Below the pieces are notes generated by a model that was not told where the DNA came from, did not search any database, and worked only from the letters and a program-made list of their open reading frames with translations. Of a stretch of 64,000 nucleotides of DNA, positions 38,032-46,385 are shown piece by piece. The first letter of the stretch is position 1. Each line of letters begins with the position of its first letter. Origin of the DNA: Bacillales bacterium. GTDB lineage: Bacteria > Bacillota_I > Bacilli_A > RFN20 > CAG-826. The position numbers were made by a program, and so were the translations under genes. The stretch is taken from assembly GCA_052171195.1 (NCBI GenBank), contig JBQMZB010000001.1, positions 131,323 to 195,322 of the forward strand, written 5' to 3'.

Positions 38032-39570
38032 TTATTTTTTAGTTATGATTGTTCCATCATCATTATTTAGGTTATCAATCTTAAGTTTTATATTATTCAT
38101 TTTTTCTTTATAAGCTTTATAATTACTCCAGAAATATTTCACGAAGTATCCAGTTAATATAATCGATATAACACTGAATATGATGATTGGAATATCTAAT
38201 GGATTATAAACAACGAGAGAATTTTTAAATATCGTAGTTCTAAAAGCAATCGCTACAATAGAATTAATTAATGATAATAAGTAAATATAACCTACCGTTG
38301 AAGTTTTAAAATATTGACCACTTCTCATACGTTTAAATTCATCGTTTTTATTCTTTTCTTTTAAATATTTATACATAAATAAATCAATACCAATGTAAAT
38401 CAAAGAATATACTAAGGTTATGATTAGAGTAATTACGCCTAAATCATAATTAAATATATTTTGAGATTTTGGAATTAATACATTATTATTTCTATCAACA
38501 ACATCACCAACTCCACAATCAACTTTATGGAATCTTACATCTAATTTAACATTTGACCCGGATATATTTTTACCTGATGATCTATTGAAAATAGATAAGT
38601 TAATATATGGATTGATAAATTGGAAGTTTTTAACGTTTTTAAAATCGATATCTTTAATCAAGATAACAGCGTCATTAATATCATTTGAGAATTCGATAGA
38701 ACTTGAAATAATATTAACGTTCTCTGTTTTATTATTTTTATATGTGATTAATAATTTTGATTCTCCAGCAAAAGTAAATTTGGTACGAATATAATAATCA
38801 CCTTTTTTAATCTTATTAAGATTTTTATTATATGCGTGTGGTAATAATTTTTTATACATTTCTTCGCCATGAGATTTGCATTTTAATTTTAATGCTGTAT
38901 AACCTTGATATTTTGATGAGCCATCAAAACTAAATTCTAAGAAATCATTAAAATTATATTCAGCAAATTTTTTACTTTTTTCTGAATTTAAATAATATTT
39001 ATTCTCGTAAATAGGTTTTGAAGATTTTAAATTACCATTACCATCAAATTCTAGTTTGGCTTCAAAGACATTTATAATCTTGATAGAATCAATATCTATA
39101 ACTCTTCCAGGATAAGATGGAATATCACAATAAGTTAAAAGTTTATCATTACCAACATATTTACCAATACCATCAAAATTACCATTGGTATTCTTTTTAT
39201 TAATGGCGGTAGTTTCATAATAAACTCTTCCATCAGCTTCAGTAACTTTGTAAGAAAGTTGAGCAGGAAATTGTTTATCTTGTTCTTCAAAATATCCAAC
39301 AAAGAAATTATCTTTTCCTTCTTCTCTATCATCACTCAATTTTATTTGAAATTGTAATGATGCAGAGGTTGATGTTTGACTATAATTTAACAAAGAAAAT
39401 GATAAATTTTTGTTTTCGCTATAGCCATTTAATATTTGGTCATAATCATTAACTATATTGTTCCCATTTAAGTACTTGCTACCTAAATCATTAGACTTAT
39501 TCAATAAGGCTAAATTAATTGAACCAGCAGTTAACGGCACTAAAAGAAGTGACTTTAATAGTGAAATCAT
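38032..39570 (-). CDS. Hypothetical membrane protein (large extracytoplasmic domain + 3 C-terminal TM); first gene of the ABC operon
   Basis: 512 aa. N-terminal signal-like segment, an ~350-aa polar domain and three C-terminal TM helices. No recognised domain and no SD. Confidence 0.3.
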   Translation of the reverse strand: MISLLKSLLLVPLTAGSINLALLNKSNDLGSKYLNGNNIVNDYDQILNGYSENKNLSFSLLNYSQTSTSASLQFQIKLSDDREEGKDNFFVGYFEEQDKQFPAQLSYKVTEADGRVYYETTAINKKNTNGNFDGIGKYVGNDKLLTYCDIPSYPGRVIDIDSIKIINVFEAKLEFDGNGNLKSSKPIYENKYYLNSEKSKKFAEYNFNDFLEFSFDGSSKYQGYTALKLKCKSHGEEMYKKLLPHAYNKNLNKIKKGDYYIRTKFTFAGESKLLITYKNNKTENVNIISSSIEFSNDINDAVILIKDIDFKNVKNFQFINPYINLSIFNRSSGKNISGSNVKLDVRFHKVDCGVGDVVDRNNNVLIPKSQNIFNYDLGVITLIITLVYSLIYIGIDLFMYKYLKEKNKNDEFKRMRSGQYFKTSTVGYIYLLSLINSIVAIAFRTTIFKNSLVVYNPLDIPIIIFSVISIILTGYFVKYFWSNYKAYKEKMNNIKLKIDNLNNDDGTIITKK

Positions 39571-39585
39571 AACATTATTATATAA

Positions 39586-39599
39586 TTAAAGCGCTTTCA
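39586..39599. promoter_or_regulatory. cre-like (CcpA operator) palindrome TTAAAGCGCTTTCA
   Basis: It matches the cre pattern TGWAANCGNTNWCA at 13/14 positions. It lies 16-29 nt upstream of the operon's first start codon. The same AAAGCGCTTTCA core recurs at 63367-63380. Confidence 0.4.
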
Positions 39600-39674
39600 T
39601 TTCAATATTGTATTATATCAATTATAAATAATTTAATACCATATATTTTAGTATCATATATATTAATATATAAA

Positions 39675-40673
39675 CTATTTATTAATATTGTAATAATCTT
39701 TTGCTAACTCATCTTTATTTTTATATATTTTATGATTACTAACATCGATTAAATTAAAGTTTGTCATATAATTATGAAAGTTTTGCTGATTTATAGTAAT
39801 TAAAAACATAGTAAAACTTATTATTAACGGAATTAAAAAAACAATAGATAACATACATTCAAGAAAGAAAAATAATAAAAAATTTAACGTATATTGTAAA
39901 AAACTTGGAGATAATAGTTCTTTATTAACAACACCTATTTTAAACGCTAATCTACCTAAAGTTTGTTTTCCTCTACTAAATATTAAAGGTATGATATAAA
40001 AATATAAAATTAATGAAATAACAAGTGAAATTGGAACTTCTTTAAAAATAAAAGTATTAGAAAAATATTTATTTAATATCAAAACATCTTCATTCCATCC
40101 ATTAAATTCCGCTAAAGCTATATCAAATATATATTTTTTATAGAAATTTATATAGGTTTTATTTGGAATTTTAAACTCTTTATTTTCTTCAATAATTTCA
40201 TTATATTTAACAAATAAACTATATTCTTTCATTGTGTTTTTATCTAGGTAAGTATTTGTTTTTTCTAATAATTTCTCTTCGTATACTTCAATAATCTTCT
40301 TTTTGTTATCATTATTAACCTTTGGGCTACCAATCATAAATTGATTAAAATTATTTATTGCTTCTTTTAAATTATTTTTAATAACTCTGCTTGTTAAATC
40401 ATTTTTTTCTTCATAATAACTAACAATATCAACAATTTTATCCTTATCTTTAATGTAGAGTTTTGAATTAATTTTTAAAGTGTTAAATTGATTTAAATTA
40501 TCTACGTAAACATTAGAAGATTCAAAAATTTTTTTAACACCAATAAAAATAGATAATGATAGAAAAGATACTAAAAGAAAATCTAATAAATTAGAAAAAA
40601 TAACTCTAATAGGATTTGCTCTTTCATACTCTATTTTAATAAGATCTTCATTAATTTGATTATTTTGATTCAT
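39675..40673 (-). CDS. RDD-family-like membrane protein (unknown function)
   Basis: Start set at MNQNNQ after a GAGG RBS. N-terminal TM with R..D (..RVIFSNLLDFLL..), an ~200-aa polar insert and a C-terminal SRGKQTLGRLAFKIGVV resembling the RDD-domain GxTxGKxxxGlxVV motif. Confidence 0.35.
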   Translation of the reverse strand: MNQNNQINEDLIKIEYERANPIRVIFSNLLDFLLVSFLSLSIFIGVKKIFESSNVYVDNLNQFNTLKINSKLYIKDKDKIVDIVSYYEEKNDLTSRVIKNNLKEAINNFNQFMIGSPKVNNDNKKKIIEVYEEKLLEKTNTYLDKNTMKEYSLFVKYNEIIEENKEFKIPNKTYINFYKKYIFDIALAEFNGWNEDVLILNKYFSNTFIFKEVPISLVISLILYFYIIPLIFSRGKQTLGRLAFKIGVVNKELLSPSFLQYTLNFLLFFFLECMLSIVFLIPLIISFTMFLITINQQNFHNYMTNFNLIDVSNHKIYKNKDELAKDYYNINK

Positions 40674-41751
40674 ATATAGCCTCGTAATATTTATTAATAA
40701 CTTCACTATCTAACAATATGTAATTAAATAAGATTTCTTTAACTGACTGATTTAATTTTGTTAGACAAATAAAACATAAATTAATAATAATAAATATAAC
40801 ACCAATTAAGGTAAAAAATAATAAGGGAATAATTGTAAATAAAGCATTAAAATTAATATTTAATAAAGGTACAAATATCATAAAAGCAAGATTAGAAATA
40901 ATTGATATAAATGTTGATAATATAATTTCTTTTCTATTTAAACTATTCAATCTTTTGAGTTGTACTTTTTCTTTTTTTAGTATAATTTCAGTAACTGTTC
41001 TACTTCTTTTATCAAGTACAGGAATAAAAAAGTAAACAAAGAAACTTGAAATAATAAATGAAACAAATGCACTAAAAGTGATTATTAAATCTGTTTTTTT
41101 ATCAATTAAAGAAATTTTTTGTTCTAGAGATAGATAAGTTTCATCTGAATTTTTACTAGACAAATCGTTTATTTTTATATCTAAAATAATTTTTGAATAA
41201 AATGGTAGAAAAAAACTATTAATAAATTTCCTATATTCCTTTTCACCAGCTTTACTTAGCTCATCTCCTAAATCTTTATTATATTTAGGTTCAAATAAAT
41301 TAATAAAACTCTTATTAAGTTTATAGGTTTTTCCGCTAATAACAAAATAATTATTTTTGTTAAATTGATGCAGTAATTTAATAAAAGTATTTTCATCCTT
41401 TTTAATATTAATAAAATATGTTTTAAAAAAATCTGTTGATGAATTATCAATTAACATTACAAAAGATTCGAGATATTTATCAGCAGAAAATTGTAATGAA
41501 TTATTAAAATCATATTTTTTATCTTCTTCATATCTTAATAAATTATTATCATAAAAAAGATCTAATTCATTTTCTTTATAATTAGTTATTTCTTGTTTAT
41601 AGTTATCAAAATTAGTAGGTATTTTAATTAAAGGGAGTAATACTCCATTTAATAATATTATAGTTAAAATTAAATTGATAAAAAAATCTCCAAAAAAAAC
41701 TAAAATCTTATTTCTCTTTTTTGTTGAATATATATAAATATCTTTATCCAT
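40660..41751 (-). CDS. Membrane protein with architecture paralogous to the downstream RDD-like protein
   Basis: 363 aa. N-terminal TM with KRNKILVFFGDFF, a polar middle and 2-3 C-terminal TM helices. Confidence 0.3.
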   Translation of the reverse strand: MDKDIYIYSTKKRNKILVFFGDFFINLILTIILLNGVLLPLIKIPTNFDNYKQEITNYKENELDLFYDNNLLRYEEDKKYDFNNSLQFSADKYLESFVMLIDNSSTDFFKTYFINIKKDENTFIKLLHQFNKNNYFVISGKTYKLNKSFINLFEPKYNKDLGDELSKAGEKEYRKFINSFFLPFYSKIILDIKINDLSSKNSDETYLSLEQKISLIDKKTDLIITFSAFVSFIISSFFVYFFIPVLDKRSRTVTEIILKKEKVQLKRLNSLNRKEIILSTFISIISNLAFMIFVPLLNINFNALFTIIPLLFFTLIGVIFIIINLCFICLTKLNQSVKEILFNYILLDSEVINKYYEAIYESK

Positions 41752-42316
41752 TAATTAAATACCTTTTAACTGAGTCTCTTCCATTACAAAAATCAATTAC
41801 TTTTTGGTTTTCAATAATATATAAACTAGGAGTACCAAAAAAATAAATTTCTTCTAATTTTGTTGCGTTAGACTTACAGTTTTCTTGAATTAATTGATTT
41901 TTGAAACTTATATATTTTACGTAATTTTTACCTTTAAAATTATCTTCTTCTGCTAATTGTAATAATGAATTGTATTCTGCAGGTTTTTGTTTAAATTTAT
42001 TTCTTTGTTCTTTGCCTTCTAAAGAGTTGAATGGATGAAGTTCTACAAAATAAAGACTTTCAAGTTTTCTATCGTTATTATGTTTAATTTTATCCAAGTA
42101 ATCAAAAACATAGCCTTTAGTTTCTTCACATGGTCTGCATCCATATTGATAAATATATATGCCATATGTTTTTTTATAATTAAAAAAACTATCTAAATCA
42201 ACTTTATATTCTAAATAATCAGAGTAATCTCTAGTTTCATCGATTTTTTTATTATAACAACTTAGCAATAAAGGAATTAATGATAATGACAAAAACAATT
42301 TTATTTTTTTATTCAT
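41744..42316 (-). CDS. Thioredoxin-fold lipoprotein with CxxC motif (thiol:disulfide oxidoreductase-like)
   Basis: 190 aa. Lipobox LLLSC. Carries YQYGCRPCEETK (CxxC). Confidence 0.5.
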   Translation of the reverse strand: MNKKIKLFLSLSLIPLLLSCYNKKIDETRDYSDYLEYKVDLDSFFNYKKTYGIYIYQYGCRPCEETKGYVFDYLDKIKHNNDRKLESLYFVELHPFNSLEGKEQRNKFKQKPAEYNSLLQLAEEDNFKGKNYVKYISFKNQLIQENCKSNATKLEEIYFFGTPSLYIIENQKVIDFCNGRDSVKRYLING

Positions 42317-42337
42317 ACTAATTAATATATCATAATT

Positions 42338-45106
42338 TTATTTATTATTTTTTCTTTTTTTAGTATAACTCACTAAAACAAATAATTCATGAACTAATAA
42401 TGGAGTAATTGAAAGTAATCCTGTAATTATCCATTCATTTAAATTTAAGTTTCTTGTAGAGAAAAGTTGTTGACAGAAAGGAATTTCAATAACAATCATT
42501 TGAAGGATAAAACCGATAATAAATGCAAATAGCATCATTTTATTTTTCTTTTTCAAAATACTAAACAAAGATTTATTTACATCACTCATACCAATCATAT
42601 GGAATAATTCACTTAATGCTAAAGTAGTAAATGCCATTGTTTGAGCATGTAATAAAAATTCTTGGTTATTATATAAATTTATAATGGCTTGATATGTAAA
42701 ACAATTATTTAACCATGCTGTTGAAAAGAATGCTAATAAAGTAGACACAGTTATAACAAATCCATATCCAAAAGTTATTTTATAACCACCGTGTGAAAAT
42801 AAAGTTTCATTGCTTTGTCTTGGTTTTTGATACATTATATCAGCATTTTTAGCATCCATCCCTAAAGCAACTGCAGGTAAACTATCTGTTACTAAATTCA
42901 CCCATAATAAATGGATGGCAATTAAAGGTGAAGGAAAACCAATACATATAATAAAAAGCATTGTAAGAACTTCTGCTATATTACTACTTAATAAAAATAA
43001 TATTGTTTTCTTTATATTTTCATAAATTCCTCTTCCCTCTTCGACCGCTAATTGAATAGATGCAAAATTATCATTTGTTAAAACCATATCTGCGGCATCT
43101 TTTGCTACATCAGTACCTGTAATTCCCATTGCAATTCCTATATTTGCAGCTTGTAGAGAAGGGGCATCATTTACGCCATCTCCAGTCATTGCACAAATAT
43201 TATCATTTTTTTCAAAAGCCTTTACTATATCAACTTTATTTTGTGGAGATACACGTGCAAAAACTCTAACTTTTTTACATACTTCACATAATTCTTCAAA
43301 AGTTAAATTATCTATATCTTTTCCTTCAATACATTGATCTATATTATCCGCTATAGTTAAATCTTTTGCTATTGCAAATGCAGTATCTTTATGGTCGCCT
43401 GTAATCATTACAGTTATAACACCACCTCTTCTTAAAGATTCAACAGCAGGTCTAGCTTCTTTTCTAGCAGGATCAATCATAGCAACTAAACCGACAAAAA
43501 TTAAATTTTTTTCATCTAAATTTTCATTTTCAGAATAAGTTAATGCTAATACTCTTAATGCTTGGGAGGAGAATTTATAGTTAATATTTAAAATATTATC
43601 AATATCATTTTTAGAAATTTCTCTTACAATTCCATGATCTAAAATAAAAGAACATTTTTCTAAAATTTTATCAACTGCACCTTTTGTAAATGTTATTTTT
43701 TTATCTTTATCTTGATGAACAGTAGACATCATTTTTCTATCACTATCAAACGGGAATTCATTTATACGAGGGTATTTTTCTTCAAGCATTTTTTTATGTA
43801 AATTTAAATTGTTAGCAAATACTACCAAAGCAATTTCTGTTGGATCACCAAATATTTCTTCATCATGAACTGCATTTGAACAAAGAGATAATCCTTGCGC
43901 TAAAAATTTAATAGATTCATTTGAAACATCAGTTATTTGGTTTTCTTCATAAATTTTATTATCAATATAAGCCTTAACTACTGTCATTTTATTTTGTGTT
44001 AAAGTACCAGTTTTATCGCTACAAACAACACTGACAGAACCTAAAGTTTCAACAGATGGTAATTTTCTAATAATAGTATTAGCTTTAACCATTTTTTGAA
44101 CACCGATTGATAAAACAATTGTTACAACCGCAGGCAATCCTTCTGGAATTGCAGCGACAGCTAAAGCAATCGAAGATAAAATTGCTTCAATATATGCATC
44201 AATCTGTAAATGTTGACCATGTATAAAAATCCAGATAATATCAACAATTAAAACAACTGCTATAATGGCTAAAGTTAACAAACCTAAAGATTTACTTAAC
44301 TTAGCTAATTTTATTTGCAAAGGTGTTTCTATTTTATATTGATTATCAAGAGCTTCTGCTATTTTTCCAATTTCTGTATCCATTCCAGTTTTAACAACAA
44401 CACCCACAGCTCTACCATAACTTACTATAGTTGATGAATATGCTAAATTAATACAATCACCAACACCAACTTTTTTATTAAAGGTAATGTTAGCTTTTTT
44501 AAGAACTGGTAATGATTCACCAGTTAAAGATGCTTCATTTGTTTTAAAGTTATATGCTTCTAACAATCTTAAATCAGCAGAAATAGTATCACCTTCTTCA
44601 AGATATACAATATCTCCAGGAACTAATTCTTCAGCTTTAATTTTAATTCTTTTTCCATTTCTTAAAACCAAAGCTTCGGGCGATGACATTTTTTTAAGAG
44701 AGTCTAAAGAAGTTTGTGCCTTTACTTCTTGTACTGTTCCAATAATAGAATTTATTATCAAGACAATTTGAATTATTATAATATCAGGCCAATCACCAGT
44801 TGTATAGAAATTAAAAGGTTGACCGCTATTAATTGTTTTAACAGTTTCATATATCGAAATCATTAAGGTTAAAATAACAGCACCATACAACACAAAAACC
44901 ATTGGATTGTTAAATTGTTCAAAAAATATTTTAATAATAGACTTCTTTTTTGTTTCTTTTAATTTATTTAATCCATAAAATTCTTGTCTTTTTTTTACCT
45001 CATCATCACTTAATCCTTGTTGAACATCGGTATTTAAAATAGAACAAGTGCTATGTCTTGAAATAGTTTCAAAATTTAATTCTTTATTATTTGTGTATTT
45101 GTCCAT
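42338..45106 (-). CDS. P-type cation-transporting ATPase (P2-type, Ca2+/Mn2+ PMCA/PacL-like)
   Basis: DKTGTLT phosphorylation motif, TGDN/GDGVNDAPSL, and 10 TM helices. The start is placed at the second Met (MDKYTNN..., ATG 45106) because a perfect AGGAGA RBS lies 6 nt upstream. The track start at 45136 is the alternative. Confidence 0.85.
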   Translation of the reverse strand: MDKYTNNKELNFETISRHSTCSILNTDVQQGLSDDEVKKRQEFYGLNKLKETKKKSIIKIFFEQFNNPMVFVLYGAVILTLMISIYETVKTINSGQPFNFYTTGDWPDIIIIQIVLIINSIIGTVQEVKAQTSLDSLKKMSSPEALVLRNGKRIKIKAEELVPGDIVYLEEGDTISADLRLLEAYNFKTNEASLTGESLPVLKKANITFNKKVGVGDCINLAYSSTIVSYGRAVGVVVKTGMDTEIGKIAEALDNQYKIETPLQIKLAKLSKSLGLLTLAIIAVVLIVDIIWIFIHGQHLQIDAYIEAILSSIALAVAAIPEGLPAVVTIVLSIGVQKMVKANTIIRKLPSVETLGSVSVVCSDKTGTLTQNKMTVVKAYIDNKIYEENQITDVSNESIKFLAQGLSLCSNAVHDEEIFGDPTEIALVVFANNLNLHKKMLEEKYPRINEFPFDSDRKMMSTVHQDKDKKITFTKGAVDKILEKCSFILDHGIVREISKNDIDNILNINYKFSSQALRVLALTYSENENLDEKNLIFVGLVAMIDPARKEARPAVESLRRGGVITVMITGDHKDTAFAIAKDLTIADNIDQCIEGKDIDNLTFEELCEVCKKVRVFARVSPQNKVDIVKAFEKNDNICAMTGDGVNDAPSLQAANIGIAMGITGTDVAKDAADMVLTNDNFASIQLAVEEGRGIYENIKKTILFLLSSNIAEVLTMLFIICIGFPSPLIAIHLLWVNLVTDSLPAVALGMDAKNADIMYQKPRQSNETLFSHGGYKITFGYGFVITVSTLLAFFSTAWLNNCFTYQAIINLYNNQEFLLHAQTMAFTTLALSELFHMIGMSDVNKSLFSILKKKNKMMLFAFIIGFILQMIVIEIPFCQQLFSTRNLNLNEWIITGLLSITPLLVHELFVLVSYTKKRKNNK

Positions 45107-45206
45107 ATTAAGTCTCCTAGATATGGTCTTGCTCATTACTGTAGTATCAGCGGATTATTTGATAATCGTGTTGACGCAAAATACTATTCGCTACTCCCCA
45201 CATTTA
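45107..45206 (-). ncRNA. Candidate yybP-ykoY (Mn2+) riboswitch in the P-type ATPase leader
   Basis: The ~100-nt, locally GC-enriched leader begins GGGGAGUAGCG.., continues ..UGCGUCAACACGA.. and ends ..CUAGGAGAC next to the SD. GGGGAGUAG is, as I recall, the conserved 5' box of yybP-ykoY elements, which are known to regulate Ca/Mn P-type ATPases. An extended -10 (TGTTATAAT) lies just upstream. No covariance model could be run. Confidence 0.4.
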
Positions 45207-45240
45207 TTAAATTATAACAAATATATTGCTAAATGTATTT

Positions 45241-45281
45241 AAATAATAAAAAGATATGGTTTCTATTTATATCCATATCTT
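45241..45281 (-). terminator. Rho-independent terminator of prs
   Basis: 9-bp stem AAGATATGG / CCATATCTT (45251-45259 / 45273-45281) with a 13-nt loop, followed by a U-rich tract on the minus strand. Confidence 0.5.
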
Positions 45282-45289
45282 TTATTTAA

Positions 45290-46261
45290 TTAATGAAATC
45301 TTGAATATTTATCTTTAATTGCTTCGTGAGATTCGTGAGATTTAATAACATCTGCAATCATTTCAGCAATAGATAATACTTTCATTTTTTTAGATTTTTC
45401 AAATTCAGGATGATTTATTGTATCAGTTGTTATTACTTGATCTATATCTTCACTGTTTTCAAATCTTTGTAATGCATTATTTGAGAATAAAGCATGAGCG
45501 CAACAAATTATAACTTTTTTGGCTCCTCTTTCTTTTAAAACATGAGCTCCAGCGCAAATTGTTCCTCCAGTATCAATAATATCATCGATCATAATACAAA
45601 CTTTACCTTCGATATCACCTAAAACATTAGTTATTTCAGCAACATTAGGTTTTGGTCTTCTTTTATCTATAACAACAAAAGAAGTATTTGGAATAAAGTT
45701 TGCTAAATCACGTGCTCTATAAACGGCTCCATGGTCAGGAGCTACAATAGCTATATTATTTAAATATTCTGGATGTCTATTAAATTTATCATTTAAATAT
45801 TTAGCGTAAATAACTGCAGGAGATAGATTGTCAGTAGGAACACTAAAGAAACCTTGGATTTGAGGAGTGTGTAATTCCATTGTAAGAATTCTTGATACAC
45901 CTGCGTTTGAAAATAAATCTGCAACCATACGTGCTGAGACAGGTTCGTTCATGTGAGCGATTCTATCTTGTCTTGCATAACCAAAGTATGGGGCGATTAA
46001 AGTTATTTCTTTACAGTTAGCTCTCTTAATACCATCAATAAAAATAAGAGTTTCCATTATTCGATCATTAACAGGAGAACAAGTAGATTGGATGATATAT
46101 ATTTTTTTACCACGAACATCTGCTTTACTTGTAGCTAAGCATTCTCCATCAGCGAAATGATGTATTTCAGCGTGACTTCTTTCAATACCTAAGAAAGCAC
46201 AAACTCTATCAGTTAATTCAGTGTTTGAGCTAAGTGAAAAAACCAAAATATCTTTAATCAT
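45290..46261 (-). CDS. prs: Ribose-phosphate pyrophosphokinase (PRPP synthetase)
   Basis: 323 aa. PRPP-binding loop DDIIDTGGT and Prs-typical colinearity. GGAGG RBS. Confidence 0.9.
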   Translation of the reverse strand: MIKDILVFSLSSNTELTDRVCAFLGIERSHAEIHHFADGECLATSKADVRGKKIYIIQSTCSPVNDRIMETLIFIDGIKRANCKEITLIAPYFGYARQDRIAHMNEPVSARMVADLFSNAGVSRILTMELHTPQIQGFFSVPTDNLSPAVIYAKYLNDKFNRHPEYLNNIAIVAPDHGAVYRARDLANFIPNTSFVVIDKRRPKPNVAEITNVLGDIEGKVCIMIDDIIDTGGTICAGAHVLKERGAKKVIICCAHALFSNNALQRFENSEDIDQVITTDTINHPEFEKSKKMKVLSIAEMIADVIKSHESHEAIKDKYSRFH

Positions 46262-46385
46262 AATAAAGACCTCCTGACTAGTCTTTAAAAATTATAACAA
46301 TTTAAAATTAGAAATTAAACATTAATCGTTTAATATTTCATTTTTTAAAAGATAGACAATAAATTATATTATCCTAAATTAATTG

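Noticed and set aside
39586-39599. AAAGCGCTTT palindromes as terminators or repeat elements
   Set aside because: The stems are too short and lack U-runs. Their sequence fits the cre operator consensus far better, so they are reported as regulatory sites.
45107-45136. Track start codon of the P-type ATPase at 45136
   Set aside because: No SD precedes 45136. A perfect AGGAGA lies 6 nt before the in-frame ATG at 45106, so the first 10 codons are more likely leader. This is kept as an alternative.
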